Shown: positions 46,572-55,497, counted from the first letter of the stretch. The stretch is DNA of 64,000 bases from Patescibacteria group bacterium (GCA_038065395.1 JBBTRB010000004.1:70042-134041), one strand, 5' to 3'. Numbers and translations: made by a program. Notes: a model not told the origin generated them from the sequence alone.

Positions 46572-48482
46572 TTACAAAAGTGATTCCGGATTCACCTTGA
46601 CCTTGACCGAAGGAGGGAGAGAGCGGAGTTTTGCTACCAGAGTAGAGTTTGGCCAAGTGTGAGGTTCGATCTTGATCAGTCCATGGATGATCGAGTTGCC
46701 ACGAATGCTGGCAGTGAATGCAGGGAAGATGTCGATCGTGTAGGGGTCGAGCAGTTTTTGGATCTCGGCCATCTCGTGGGCGATCGGGTCTTTCTTGCCT
46801 TCGATACTGATCTTGATGAGTGTGCCACAGGGTGGATAGCGGAACTGCCGACGTTCTTCGAGAGTAGCACGGTAGAAGTCACTGAGGTTGCCCTTGAGAC
46901 CGTACTCGAATACTTTTTCTTCAGCACGACGCGTCTGTACCAATATCGAACGCGTGGCGATATTGCGCAGACGGATCAGCGTGTACATGATCTTTTCTTG
47001 TATACGGAAGTCTGGCAAGGCGAAGAGTGCATCCATCGATACGATCGCTACATGGTCGATCTTGTCAGGAAGATAGGCTAGTGCCATCTCGGTGCCGAGC
47101 AGGATGCTGCCCGGTCGCATGATGAAGTCGTTGTAGACGGCATGAGTTTTCTCACTGGTATCAGTTGTGTCACTGTCTATCTTGAAGATATCGATATCAG
47201 GGAACCGAGTACGGATCTCTTCTTCGACGCGTTGGATACCGATGCCGAGCGGGGTGAGTCTCCAGCCGCCACAGACACGACACATCTCGGCTGCACTGCG
47301 TCGTTCGCCACACGCATGACACATGAAGAAATTCCTGCCAGAATCTTTGGACGTATGGAGTACAACTGGTGCCGAACACTGCGTACAGGCGACGATAGTC
47401 TCGCAGTCGGCGCAGACGGTCGACGGTGAGATTCCTCGCCGAGTAGTAAGGATGAAGAGATGAGTGCTCTCTTGCTTACTTCTGGTGATCAGGGTTTCGA
47501 GCTCAGGAGACAAGACGCGGAAATTGTTCTCTGCCCCTTTGTACACCTTCATATCGACCAGAGTTTCTTGGGCAGTAGAGATCGAGCGCCACTTGAAAGG
47601 CGAGCCTTCATAGATGTCGTGTTCGGCGAGGCGATAGAGTGTCTCGGTGCGCAGGAGACTGTCAGATATATGTACGGTACGTTGCTCTGCTCGATGATAG
47701 ACTTCGAGTGCATGTCGTATGTCAATATATGGTGCTCGTTGGGTGACCCATCCTCGGCCATGCTCACGTTCGATGATGACTGTCTGTATGTCAGATCGAG
47801 GGAGGAGCAGGAATGATCCGGTGGCGATGATGACGACCGGATGAATACTCTCGGCGATTGCCTTCCATGTATCGAGCGTCTTCTTGGGAGACAAGTCTCC
47901 ATGAAGGACGAAGATATACCCCTCAATTCCTTTTTCGAGAGTAGTGAAGAGTCGCTCAGCATCTTCGATCGTCGATACATAGAGAGCAACCGACTGTGCC
48001 TGAGCGAACTTCTGGCGGATCAGACTACGCCAAGAACTATGTCTGTCGGCAGTGTCGCCCTGTACTGCATATGTGTCACCGGTACGCCGAGAAGATGTGG
48101 AAACAGTCTTGGTAGGTTGAGAGGAGAGCGGAGGGGGTATCTTGTGGGCGTTGGTCAGGAGCACCTCCGCAACGAGAGCGTCGATGACAGATCCGACGGT
48201 AGTAGCATAGTGGTCTGCCAAGAGGCTACATGAATCCAGGAATGAGACCGGGAAGAATGCTGTAGCCTTGACCTTGCCGAGTTTGCGGATCTCGAAGGGG
48301 GCGTTCTTGATCTCGCTCTTGATATCTTCGGCAGGACGTATCGCGATGATGATGGCATATATGGTCTTGGAGCGCAGTGGCACCGATACGACCGCTCCGA
48401 CGGGGAGTTCTGTCGAAGTGAAGTACGAGAGGGTCGGACTGAGCTTCGACCTGCTCAAAGGTATGACAGTGATGATATACAT
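46572..48482 (-). CDS. priA: Primosomal protein N' with degenerate helicase motifs
   Basis: 3'BD VPLR, four CxxC pairs, D..F.LPDFR, R..F.YPP; Walker A and DEAH not conserved. Confidence 0.88.
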   Translation of the reverse strand: MYIITVIPLSRSKLSPTLSYFTSTELPVGAVVSVPLRSKTIYAIIIAIRPAEDIKSEIKNAPFEIRKLGKVKATAFFPVSFLDSCSLLADHYATTVGSVIDALVAEVLLTNAHKIPPPLSSQPTKTVSTSSRRTGDTYAVQGDTADRHSSWRSLIRQKFAQAQSVALYVSTIEDAERLFTTLEKGIEGYIFVLHGDLSPKKTLDTWKAIAESIHPVVIIATGSFLLLPRSDIQTVIIEREHGRGWVTQRAPYIDIRHALEVYHRAEQRTVHISDSLLRTETLYRLAEHDIYEGSPFKWRSISTAQETLVDMKVYKGAENNFRVLSPELETLITRSKQESTHLFILTTRRGISPSTVCADCETIVACTQCSAPVVLHTSKDSGRNFFMCHACGERRSAAEMCRVCGGWRLTPLGIGIQRVEEEIRTRFPDIDIFKIDSDTTDTSEKTHAVYNDFIMRPGSILLGTEMALAYLPDKIDHVAIVSMDALFALPDFRIQEKIMYTLIRLRNIATRSILVQTRRAEEKVFEYGLKGNLSDFYRATLEERRQFRYPPCGTLIKISIEGKKDPIAHEMAEIQKLLDPYTIDIFPAFTASIRGNSIIHGLIKIEPHTWPNSTLVAKLRSLPPSVKVKVNPESLL

Positions 48483-48546
48483 ATATATAGTTATACCGCC
48501 TCTGCTCGTATTTGTGAAATTGCCTTGTAACGATTAGAATGGGAAA

Positions 48547-48784
48547 GGTAGGCAACTCAAGAAAAAATCATTTCTCTCAAATCCAAAGGTCAAGACAATT
48601 CCGTGATTCTTACACACCCTCTTGTTTTGATAGAAATGATTTTTTCTTGAGTTGCCTACCAGAAGGTCCAGAATGAGAAGCCTACAGGAATATTTCTGGA
48701 CTCAAAACAAGAGGGTGTGTAAAGTTTTCGAAGTCGCCTCAACCTTTGGATTTGAGGTAAGAAATATTCCTGTAGGGTTCTCAT
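48547..48784. repeat. Interlocked inverted-repeat element (A-B-C-A' / D-C'-B'-D')
   Basis: Four inverted pairs of 15-29 bp, detailed in findings. Confidence 0.85.
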
Positions 48785-48795
48785 AGATTTAGTAT

Positions 48796-50106
48796 ATGTC
48801 CAACAACACCAAAGAAACATTCGTCATACAGGGTCTCAATGGCAAGCAGACACTTTCTGGCTCGATCGCTGTGCATGGAGCAAAAAACGCCGCGCTCAAG
48901 GCTATGGCTGCGGCAGTGCTGTTCGATGGGCCAGTGACACTCGAGAATATTCCTGACAACGCTGACGTCGGTGTGATGGGCGAAGTACTATCCAAGCTCG
49001 GTGCCTCCGTACAAAGAACTTCAGAACACTCATTCATTATTGATCCTTCCTCTATCGCCACTACCGATATCGATGCCGAGCTCGCTCAGAATATGCGTTC
49101 GTCGGTCGTGCTTACCGGGCCGCTCCTCGCGCGCTTCGGTAAGGTCTCATTCCCTGCACCTGGTGGTTGTGTCATCGGTACTCGCCCGATCGATCTGTTC
49201 GTCGAAGGGTACAAGAAGATGGGTGCAACCGTGAACATCATCGATGATGCCACTTATGACATCTCAGTTGCCTCAGGTGTTGCTGCTACAGAAATCTTTT
49301 TTAATATTCAGTCAGTCGGTGGTACCGAGACGCTGATGATGGCTGCCGTGTTGGGCACAGGCACGACGATCCTTCGCAACTGTGCGATGGAGCCGGAGAT
49401 CGTCAATGTCGCCGAGTGGCTCAATGCCGCCGGTGCAGATATCCAGGGTGTTGGTACAACCACGATTATCATTACAGGGACCGGAGGGAAGTTGCTTGCC
49501 TCAAAGGTGTCTTATCGTGCGATCCCTGACCGTATCGAAGCTGCAAGTTTCCTGATCATGGGAGCATTGTCTGCACGCGAGATCACTATTGAAAACTGTG
49601 AACCACGACATATGGAGGCCGTCATTCATCTCTTGCAAGGATCTGGTGTCGAGATGAAGATCGGTAAGGATCGCGTCACTGTCAAAGGACTCTCCGGTCC
49701 ACGACCATTCAATGTACGCACTCACGAATATCCAGGTTTCCCGACAGACATCCAGGCACCGATCGTCACGTATCTGACTCAGGCAACGGGTGAGTCGACC
49801 ATTTTCGAAACTATTTTTGAGGGAAGATTCAAGTACGTCGAAGATCTTTCCCAGATGGGCGCATCTATCACGGTCATGAACCCTCGTGAGATCCTGATCA
49901 AAGGTGCAACGCCCCTGCGACAGTTACCCGAAAAAGACGAGCTCCGTGCCCATGATATCCGTGCTGGCTTTGCGGTCGTTCTCGCAGCTATTATCGGTAC
50001 AGGAACTTTCACTATCCATAACATCCATCTGATCGATAGGGGATATGAGAGGCTGGAGGAGAGACTTTCGAAGCTGGGGGTTGGTATTGTGAGGAAGGTG
50101 GTTTAA
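48796..50106 (+). CDS. murA: UDP-N-acetylglucosamine 1-carboxyvinyltransferase
   Basis: GAKNAAL, PGGCVIGTRPID, EPEI, YPGFPTD, DRGYE. Confidence 0.97.
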   Translation: MSNNTKETFVIQGLNGKQTLSGSIAVHGAKNAALKAMAAAVLFDGPVTLENIPDNADVGVMGEVLSKLGASVQRTSEHSFIIDPSSIATTDIDAELAQNMRSSVVLTGPLLARFGKVSFPAPGGCVIGTRPIDLFVEGYKKMGATVNIIDDATYDISVASGVAATEIFFNIQSVGGTETLMMAAVLGTGTTILRNCAMEPEIVNVAEWLNAAGADIQGVGTTTIIITGTGGKLLASKVSYRAIPDRIEAASFLIMGALSAREITIENCEPRHMEAVIHLLQGSGVEMKIGKDRVTVKGLSGPRPFNVRTHEYPGFPTDIQAPIVTYLTQATGESTIFETIFEGRFKYVEDLSQMGASITVMNPREILIKGATPLRQLPEKDELRAHDIRAGFAVVLAAIIGTGTFTIHNIHLIDRGYERLEERLSKLGVGIVRKVV

Positions 50107-50124
50107 GAGTTTGTACCAGAAACA

Positions 50125-50192
50125 CAAAATCCGCCGAAGCGGATCTTGTAGAAATTTATTGTTCGATACCTCGCAACCTCTCCTCATCAGTG
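50125..50192 (-). ncRNA. Candidate partner sRNA of module 3
   Basis: TTGACT(50226-50221)-16-TATACT(50204-50199); UUCG-capped terminator 50129-50144; 5' end complementary to the loop of 50235-50305. Confidence 0.6.
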
Positions 50193-50234
50193 CTAACAAG
50201 TATACTCTTTCTAGATAGCAAGTCAAATTCAAAC

Positions 50235-50305
50235 TGGTGGACCGAACGGGAATCGAACCCGTACGCCTCAGCTGATGAGGAGAGGCTGGCACCATGCCTC
50301 GGCCC
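50235..50305 (-). ncRNA. tRNA(Ala)/tmRNA-TLD-like RNA, module 3
   Basis: GGGCCGA/UCGGUCC-A-CCA (G3.U70 kept, compensatory changes); T-arm ACGGG-UUCGAUU-CCCGU. Confidence 0.82.
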
Positions 50306-50335
50306 ACGCGGGAAGACAGAGTCTTCCGCACATAC

Positions 50336-50389
50336 ACCGTAACAGGTTGAAATGAAGAAACGATGAATTTAGGTTAAAGAAACGATAAA
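50336..50389 (-). promoter_or_regulatory. 43-bp operator plus extended -10 TGtTACGGT driving module 3
   Basis: Reverse complement TTTATCGTTTCTTTAACCTAAATTCATCGTTTCTTCATTTCA, 6 nt, TACGGT. Confidence 0.75.
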
Positions 50390-50457
50390 GATTTTGAAGG
50401 AGAATGAAGCCAAAACCTCCTTTTCCTTGCGATTTTGTGATATAGTCGCCACTACGT

Positions 50458-51471
50458 ATGAAGTTTTTCTCACCGAAACTAGGGATAGATCTCGGTACCG
50501 CCAATACGCTTGTTTTCGCCCCTGGTAGAGGCATCATCCTCAATGAACCTTCGGTCGTGGCAGTGTCAGAAGTCGACAAGAAAGTCTTGGCTGTTGGCAA
50601 TGAAGCCAAGGAGATGGTAGGCCGAACGCCCGATAGTATCGTGGCATATCGTCCGATCAAAGACGGCGTGATCGCAGACTACCGTGTGACCGAAGCCATG
50701 CTCCGTTATTTCATCGACAAAGCTCTGGGACGTTTTTCTATATTCAAACCCGAGGTGATGGTTTCGGTACCTGCGGGTATAACCTCAACCGAACGTCGTG
50801 CAGTCGTAGAGGCAGCTCTTCGTGCTGGTGCGCGCAATGCCTACGTGGTGAAAGAGCCGATCCTTGCGGCGATTGGTGCCGGTATCCCGATCCAAGAACC
50901 GCGTGGTCATATGATCATCGACATTGGTGGCGGTACGACCGATGTGGCAGTGATCTCACTCGGTGGTATCGTTGCATCCAACTCGGTCAAATGTGCTGGC
51001 GACAAGATGGACAGCGCGATCGCCGACTATGTCAAGAAAACGTTCAACCTGGCGATCGGTGACCATATGGCCGAGCTCATCAAGATCACCATCGGCTCTG
51101 CTATCCCACTCGAACAAGAGCTCTCGATGATCGTCAAAGGCCGCGATTTCATTTCAGGGATGCCTCGTTCGACTGAGATCAAGACCAACGAGATCGTCAA
51201 AGCCCTTGCTACGCCTCTACGTGACATGATCAAAGCCATCAAGGACGTTCTCCAAGACACTCCGCCCGAGCTTGCAGCTGATATCATCGACCAAGGCATC
51301 ACCATGACTGGTGGCTCCTCGATGCTCCGCAACTTGCCAGAACTTGTCTTCCGTCGTACAGGTGTGAAGGCTCAACTTGCCGAAGATGCACTCCTCTGTG
51401 TCGTGAAGGGGACGGGTATAGCGCTCGAACATCTGGATGTATACAAGAAGAGTATTATTTCGAAGAGGTAG
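50458..51471 (+). CDS. mreB: Rod shape-determining protein MreB (paralog 1, stand-alone, Mbl-like)
   Basis: GIDLGTAN, EPSVVA, DIGGGTT, TGGSSML. Confidence 0.95.
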   Translation: MKFFSPKLGIDLGTANTLVFAPGRGIILNEPSVVAVSEVDKKVLAVGNEAKEMVGRTPDSIVAYRPIKDGVIADYRVTEAMLRYFIDKALGRFSIFKPEVMVSVPAGITSTERRAVVEAALRAGARNAYVVKEPILAAIGAGIPIQEPRGHMIIDIGGGTTDVAVISLGGIVASNSVKCAGDKMDSAIADYVKKTFNLAIGDHMAELIKITIGSAIPLEQELSMIVKGRDFISGMPRSTEIKTNEIVKALATPLRDMIKAIKDVLQDTPPELAADIIDQGITMTGGSSMLRNLPELVFRRTGVKAQLAEDALLCVVKGTGIALEHLDVYKKSIISKR

Positions 51472-51596
51472 GGAGGTGTAATTGGAAAAAAGTAACTAGT
51501 AACTAGAAAAAGGCTTAGAATAAGGGTTGTTGTGATTCAGGCTAGAATTCACCGTTTTGGACTTGACAAATAACATGGCTGTGCTATACTGTTACC

Positions 51597-52015
51597 AGTT
51601 AAGTTCATTACAGTATTTCCAGTTTTCGCTCGTTCCATAGTGTATTTATAAGCCTTGAATACAGTATGGAGCGAGCGTGAGCGAGAGAAGGGTAAATCTC
51701 CCTTCCCGCTAGACACGAAAGCGGCCGACCCCCATCAGGCGGGTCTCCAGTGCCTTCATCAAAATCTCAAGGCAATTGGCGCATCCGGAAGTGTGCAGGT
51801 TGGTGGCTTCACTAGTTGCCAAAAAACGAGTTCTCATCTTTGGCGCATCGAACGCTGACTAGGAGAGTAAGTTTTTAGGACTTGTGCACTGTGCCGACAA
51901 ACAGGAAAAAGACCTCTGCTTTGCAAACAGGGGTCACAGACTCCGATCGGGTTCGAGATTTCCCTGATCGTTTTTCCCGGCGCGGCCTCCCTTTGGAGAC
52001 CGCGCCATTTTCTTT
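51597..52015 (+). ncRNA. Candidate ~420-nt multi-hairpin ncRNA
   Basis: TTGACA(51563)-16-TATACT(51585) with TG extension; at least 7 hairpins; GC-rich terminator 51979-52006 plus U-run; no credible ORF. Confidence 0.6.
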
Positions 52016-52045
52016 TATATTCAAATATTTTGCTATACTGCTGAC

Positions 52046-52492
52046 ATGAAACCAGGCTTTGAATACATCGGTATTGCCACTCCTTTTTATTGTCATGACG
52101 GCAAGGGGAATTTACTTATGCACAAAAGAACCACGGCTTGTAGAGATGAGCATGAGAGATGGGATACGGGTTCCGGGCAGCTCGAGCACGGACTTTCGCT
52201 TGAAGAAAATGTTTTGAAAGAAGTATTGGAAGAATATGGGTGCAAAGGAGAGATCGAAGGAAGTGTTCCTGCACATGATATTTTCCGAGAACAACATGGG
52301 CAACATACTCATTGGGTAGTCGCGCCTTTTTTCGTAAGAGTCAATCCGGATGAGGTCAAAAACAATGAGCCTCACAAGATGGAAGAGATAAGCTGGTTCA
52401 CTCTAGATACATTGCCTCAGCCTCTTCATTCTGGCTTTGCATATACATTCAAAAAGTACACAGATCATTTCAGGAAACATATCAAAAAATGA
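52046..52492 (+). CDS. NUDIX hydrolase
   Basis: SGQLEHGLSLEENVLKEVLEEYG, NNEPHK. Confidence 0.9.
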   Translation: MKPGFEYIGIATPFYCHDGKGNLLMHKRTTACRDEHERWDTGSGQLEHGLSLEENVLKEVLEEYGCKGEIEGSVPAHDIFREQHGQHTHWVVAPFFVRVNPDEVKNNEPHKMEEISWFTLDTLPQPLHSGFAYTFKKYTDHFRKHIKK

Positions 52493-53166
52493 AACCCTCA
52501 TTCTCTCTGCCACACCTTTCAAGTCACTCCCACTACCTCATCGGTTCAGATGAGTTGCGAGCACAATTGAAAACAATCCTTGAAGAAGTACACGGTATCT
52601 CTATTCATGGCAACCCAGACTTTTTTGAGTCTACACACGAAGTCTTCACGATAGACGACTCGCGCAAACTTATTGAGATGCACGGGATTCGCCCAGTTCA
52701 CATTTCAGGGAAAAAGATCGTGATCATCACCATGCAGGGTATCACTGGCGAAGCGCAAAATGCACTGTTGAAGTTGCTCGAAGAGCCGGCAGAGTTTGCG
52801 TACTTTTTCTTGATAGTTCCCTCGGCACATCTACTATTACCAACCGTGAAGTCGCGCCTTACATTGATCGAGACTTCTCGAGCTGAAGTAGAGACGGATA
52901 CGACTGAAGCCATAGCATTCATGAAGGCTTCACCTGCAAAACGTCTCGATATTATCAAAAAGTTACTTGATGATATTTCCAAAGAAAAAAAGACCAAACA
53001 AGACGCGATAAACTTCCTAGATCAAGTACAACGTGTCGTCTATGAAAAGAGGGGAGTGAAGGATGGGTTGAAGAGTCTCGAAACGATCGAGATGGCGCGA
53101 ACGTATATTCATGACCGTGCTCCGTCGCTCAAGATGTTGTTGGAGGGGGTGGCTCTCAGTATTTAA
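52489..53166 (+). CDS. holB: DNA polymerase III delta' subunit-like (short)
   Basis: NPDF, AQNALLKLLEEP, LLPTVKSR. Confidence 0.8.
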   Translation: MKPSFSLPHLSSHSHYLIGSDELRAQLKTILEEVHGISIHGNPDFFESTHEVFTIDDSRKLIEMHGIRPVHISGKKIVIITMQGITGEAQNALLKLLEEPAEFAYFFLIVPSAHLLLPTVKSRLTLIETSRAEVETDTTEAIAFMKASPAKRLDIIKKLLDDISKEKKTKQDAINFLDQVQRVVYEKRGVKDGLKSLETIEMARTYIHDRAPSLKMLLEGVALSI

Positions 53167-53177
53167 GTATAGTAGTC

Positions 53178-53365
53178 TGTCATCCCCGCGAAGGCGGGGA
53201 TCCAGGAGCAAGGGCGTGACAACTTAATTAGATCTACACAACCACCAAATACTGAAGACTTGGCTCTGTAAGTAAATGCCGAACTCCCCAAGTTTATTAT
53301 TTATATAACCTAAGTGAATTATATACTGGAAGTGATTCTGGATCCCCGCCTTCGCGGGGATGACA
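53178..53365. repeat. Inverted pair of 28-bp REP-like palindromes (REPIN/MITE-like)
   Basis: 53178-53205 TGTCATCCCCGCGAAGGCGGGGATCCAG is the exact reverse complement of 53338-53365. Confidence 0.88.
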
Positions 53366-53387
53366 CACTGTGCTATGATGTGCCCAT

Positions 53388-53939
53388 ATGGCATACGATT
53401 TTTCCCCATTCAAAAAAGAGCTTGTAGGCACCGAGGAGTGGTTCAAGCGTGAGGCAGGTACTATCCGGACTGGTCAGGCCAACCCAGCAGTCCTCGATGG
53501 TGTCAAGGTAGAGGTATATGGTGCGCCGATGAACCTCAAAGAAGTCGCGGCGGTCGTGATCGAAGGTGCTCGCACTCTCCGCGTTACTCCGTGGGATACT
53601 GCACAGACCAAGGAGATAGAGAAGGCTCTCACTGCGTCGAACCTTGGTCTTTCGATCGCATCGGATGATCAGGGTGTGCGCATTAGCTTCCCAGAGCTCA
53701 CTTCCGAGCGTCGAGCAGAGATCGCAAAGATTGCCAAAGAGAAGCTCGAAGGTGCACGTACTCAGGTGCGTCATCATCGCGACGCCATCATTAAGGACCT
53801 CCAGGCTCGTGAGAAGGCTGGTGGCATGGGCAAAGACGAGATCTTCCGTCTCAAGAACGAAACTCAGAAGCTCGTCGATGATGCCAACAAGAAGCTCGAG
53901 GCTCTGTACGAAAAGAAAGAGAAGGAGATATTAGGCTAA
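53388..53939 (+). CDS. frr: Ribosome recycling factor
   Basis: IRTGQANP, IEKAL, PELTSERR. Confidence 0.96.
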   Translation: MAYDFSPFKKELVGTEEWFKREAGTIRTGQANPAVLDGVKVEVYGAPMNLKEVAAVVIEGARTLRVTPWDTAQTKEIEKALTASNLGLSIASDDQGVRISFPELTSERRAEIAKIAKEKLEGARTQVRHHRDAIIKDLQAREKAGGMGKDEIFRLKNETQKLVDDANKKLEALYEKKEKEILG

Positions 53940-54012
53940 TTCCTAAGGACTAATTTCTAATTGACCTAAAGAGGTTTTTTAGAAATTAGGTAATTAGAAT
54001 AATTAGAAATTC

Positions 54013-55086
54013 ATGACTGTAATTATATTCCTCATAGTACTCGCCGTCCTCATCTTCGTCCATGAGTTAGGGCATTTTCTGGCTGCCCGATCGTGCGGCA
54101 TACGAGTAGATACATTTGCGCTGGGGTTTGGTCCACGGCTTTTCTCCTGGAAAGTCAAAGAGACCGAATACGCCCTCAACGCTATCCCGTTCGGTGGATA
54201 CGTGAAGATCTTCGGAGAGAATCCTGACGAAGAATCTCTACGTGGTCCTGATGCGCATCGCAGTTTCGTCAACAAACCACGCTGGCAACAGGCGATCGTA
54301 CTCGTAGCCGGAGTCTTTTTCAATTTTGTATTTGCGTGGTTCCTCTACTCAATCATTTTTGCTGTAGGGATCACCGCAACGACGAGCGGGTTCGAACATT
54401 ATGCCGATCGTTTTGAGAATCCGCGGATTATGGTGACCTATGTTACCCCTGCTTCTCCAGCAGAAGTCGCTGGTCTCAAGATGGGAGATATTCTTGTTGG
54501 CTCACCAACGGTTGAAGCCATCCAAGAATCGATCAACCAGAGCAAGGGCGCGCCGATCTCACTTCAGTATGTGCGTGACGAGGAGACTCGAACCCTCAAC
54601 ATCATTTCCAAAGAGGGAATAGTTGAAGGGAGATTTGCAATCGGTATTTCTATGGATACGGTCGGAGATCTGAAGCTGCCTTTCTTCGCCTCCATCAAGG
54701 AAGGTTTTGTATATACCAAAGGAATGATCGCGATGACAGCGATCGGCCTCAAGGACTTTTTCTTGAATCTGTTCCGTGGTACTGCTGACTTTGCTTCTGT
54801 TGCTGGACCTATCGGTATTGCTGGTATCGTAGGGGATGCGGCAGGTCTTGGCTTCACGTATCTTCTGATGATCACTGCGCTGATCTCGATCAACCTCGGT
54901 GTCATCAACCTGATCCCATTCCCGGCACTCGATGGAGGTAGACTCCTTTTTGTCATTATCGAATCGATCGTTCGTAGACGCATCCCTGCGAATTTCGCCA
55001 ATATCGTCAATATGATCGGCTTCGCACTCCTCATGCTCCTGATGGTCGTTGTTACCTACAAGGATATTGCGAAGATGTTCGTGTAG
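54013..55086 (+). CDS. rseP: RIP metalloprotease RseP
   Basis: HELGH, PFGGYV, PDZ, NLIPFPALDGG. Confidence 0.96.
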   Translation: MTVIIFLIVLAVLIFVHELGHFLAARSCGIRVDTFALGFGPRLFSWKVKETEYALNAIPFGGYVKIFGENPDEESLRGPDAHRSFVNKPRWQQAIVLVAGVFFNFVFAWFLYSIIFAVGITATTSGFEHYADRFENPRIMVTYVTPASPAEVAGLKMGDILVGSPTVEAIQESINQSKGAPISLQYVRDEETRTLNIISKEGIVEGRFAIGISMDTVGDLKLPFFASIKEGFVYTKGMIAMTAIGLKDFFLNLFRGTADFASVAGPIGIAGIVGDAAGLGFTYLLMITALISINLGVINLIPFPALDGGRLLFVIIESIVRRRIPANFANIVNMIGFALLMLLMVVVTYKDIAKMFV

Positions 55087-55097
55087 CCCGTGTCTAT

Positions 55098-55217
55098 TTA
55101 GTGATGTTTGTTTCGTCGAATATCTCGTGTGATCCATATACCCATAAGAGTAAGAGCGATAAGTATGAGCACTCCTATCGCGTGAACAAGGAGCAAATTA
55201 GTATTGAGTGTTTCCAT
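55098..55217 (-). CDS. 39-aa single-TM peptide
   Basis: METLNTNLLLVHAIGVLILIALTLMGIWITRDIRRNKHH; overlaps the upstream 69-aa ORF. Confidence 0.45.
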   Translation of the reverse strand: METLNTNLLLVHAIGVLILIALTLMGIWITRDIRRNKHH

Positions 55218-55407
55218 GTAAAGATTTGATTAGGCGGATACTTAGATACCAAAAAGAAAGTGATAAAAATATTCCGAGGCTAATAATGAACAGGTTTCCT
55301 TTTTCTATATATGAACCGACAACCATTGTGCCAAAGAATATCTGAGCAATATCCCGGCTGATCTCCGAATAAGTGACAATGGTTATGTTAACAGATTCTC
55401 GATTCAT
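55198..55407 (-). CDS. Small membrane protein
   Basis: 69 aa, SEISRDIAQIFFG plus TM; TATAAT just upstream. Confidence 0.6.
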   Translation of the reverse strand: MNRESVNITIVTYSEISRDIAQIFFGTMVVGSYIEKGNLFIISLGIFLSLSFWYLSIRLIKSLHGNTQY

Positions 55408-55497
55408 CCGCTAATTATAGCAATCCTATATATCCGTCAATCGAAAAATAAAATCGACCCACGAAAGTAAGCCATACTCAGTAAAAATTTAATCTGT

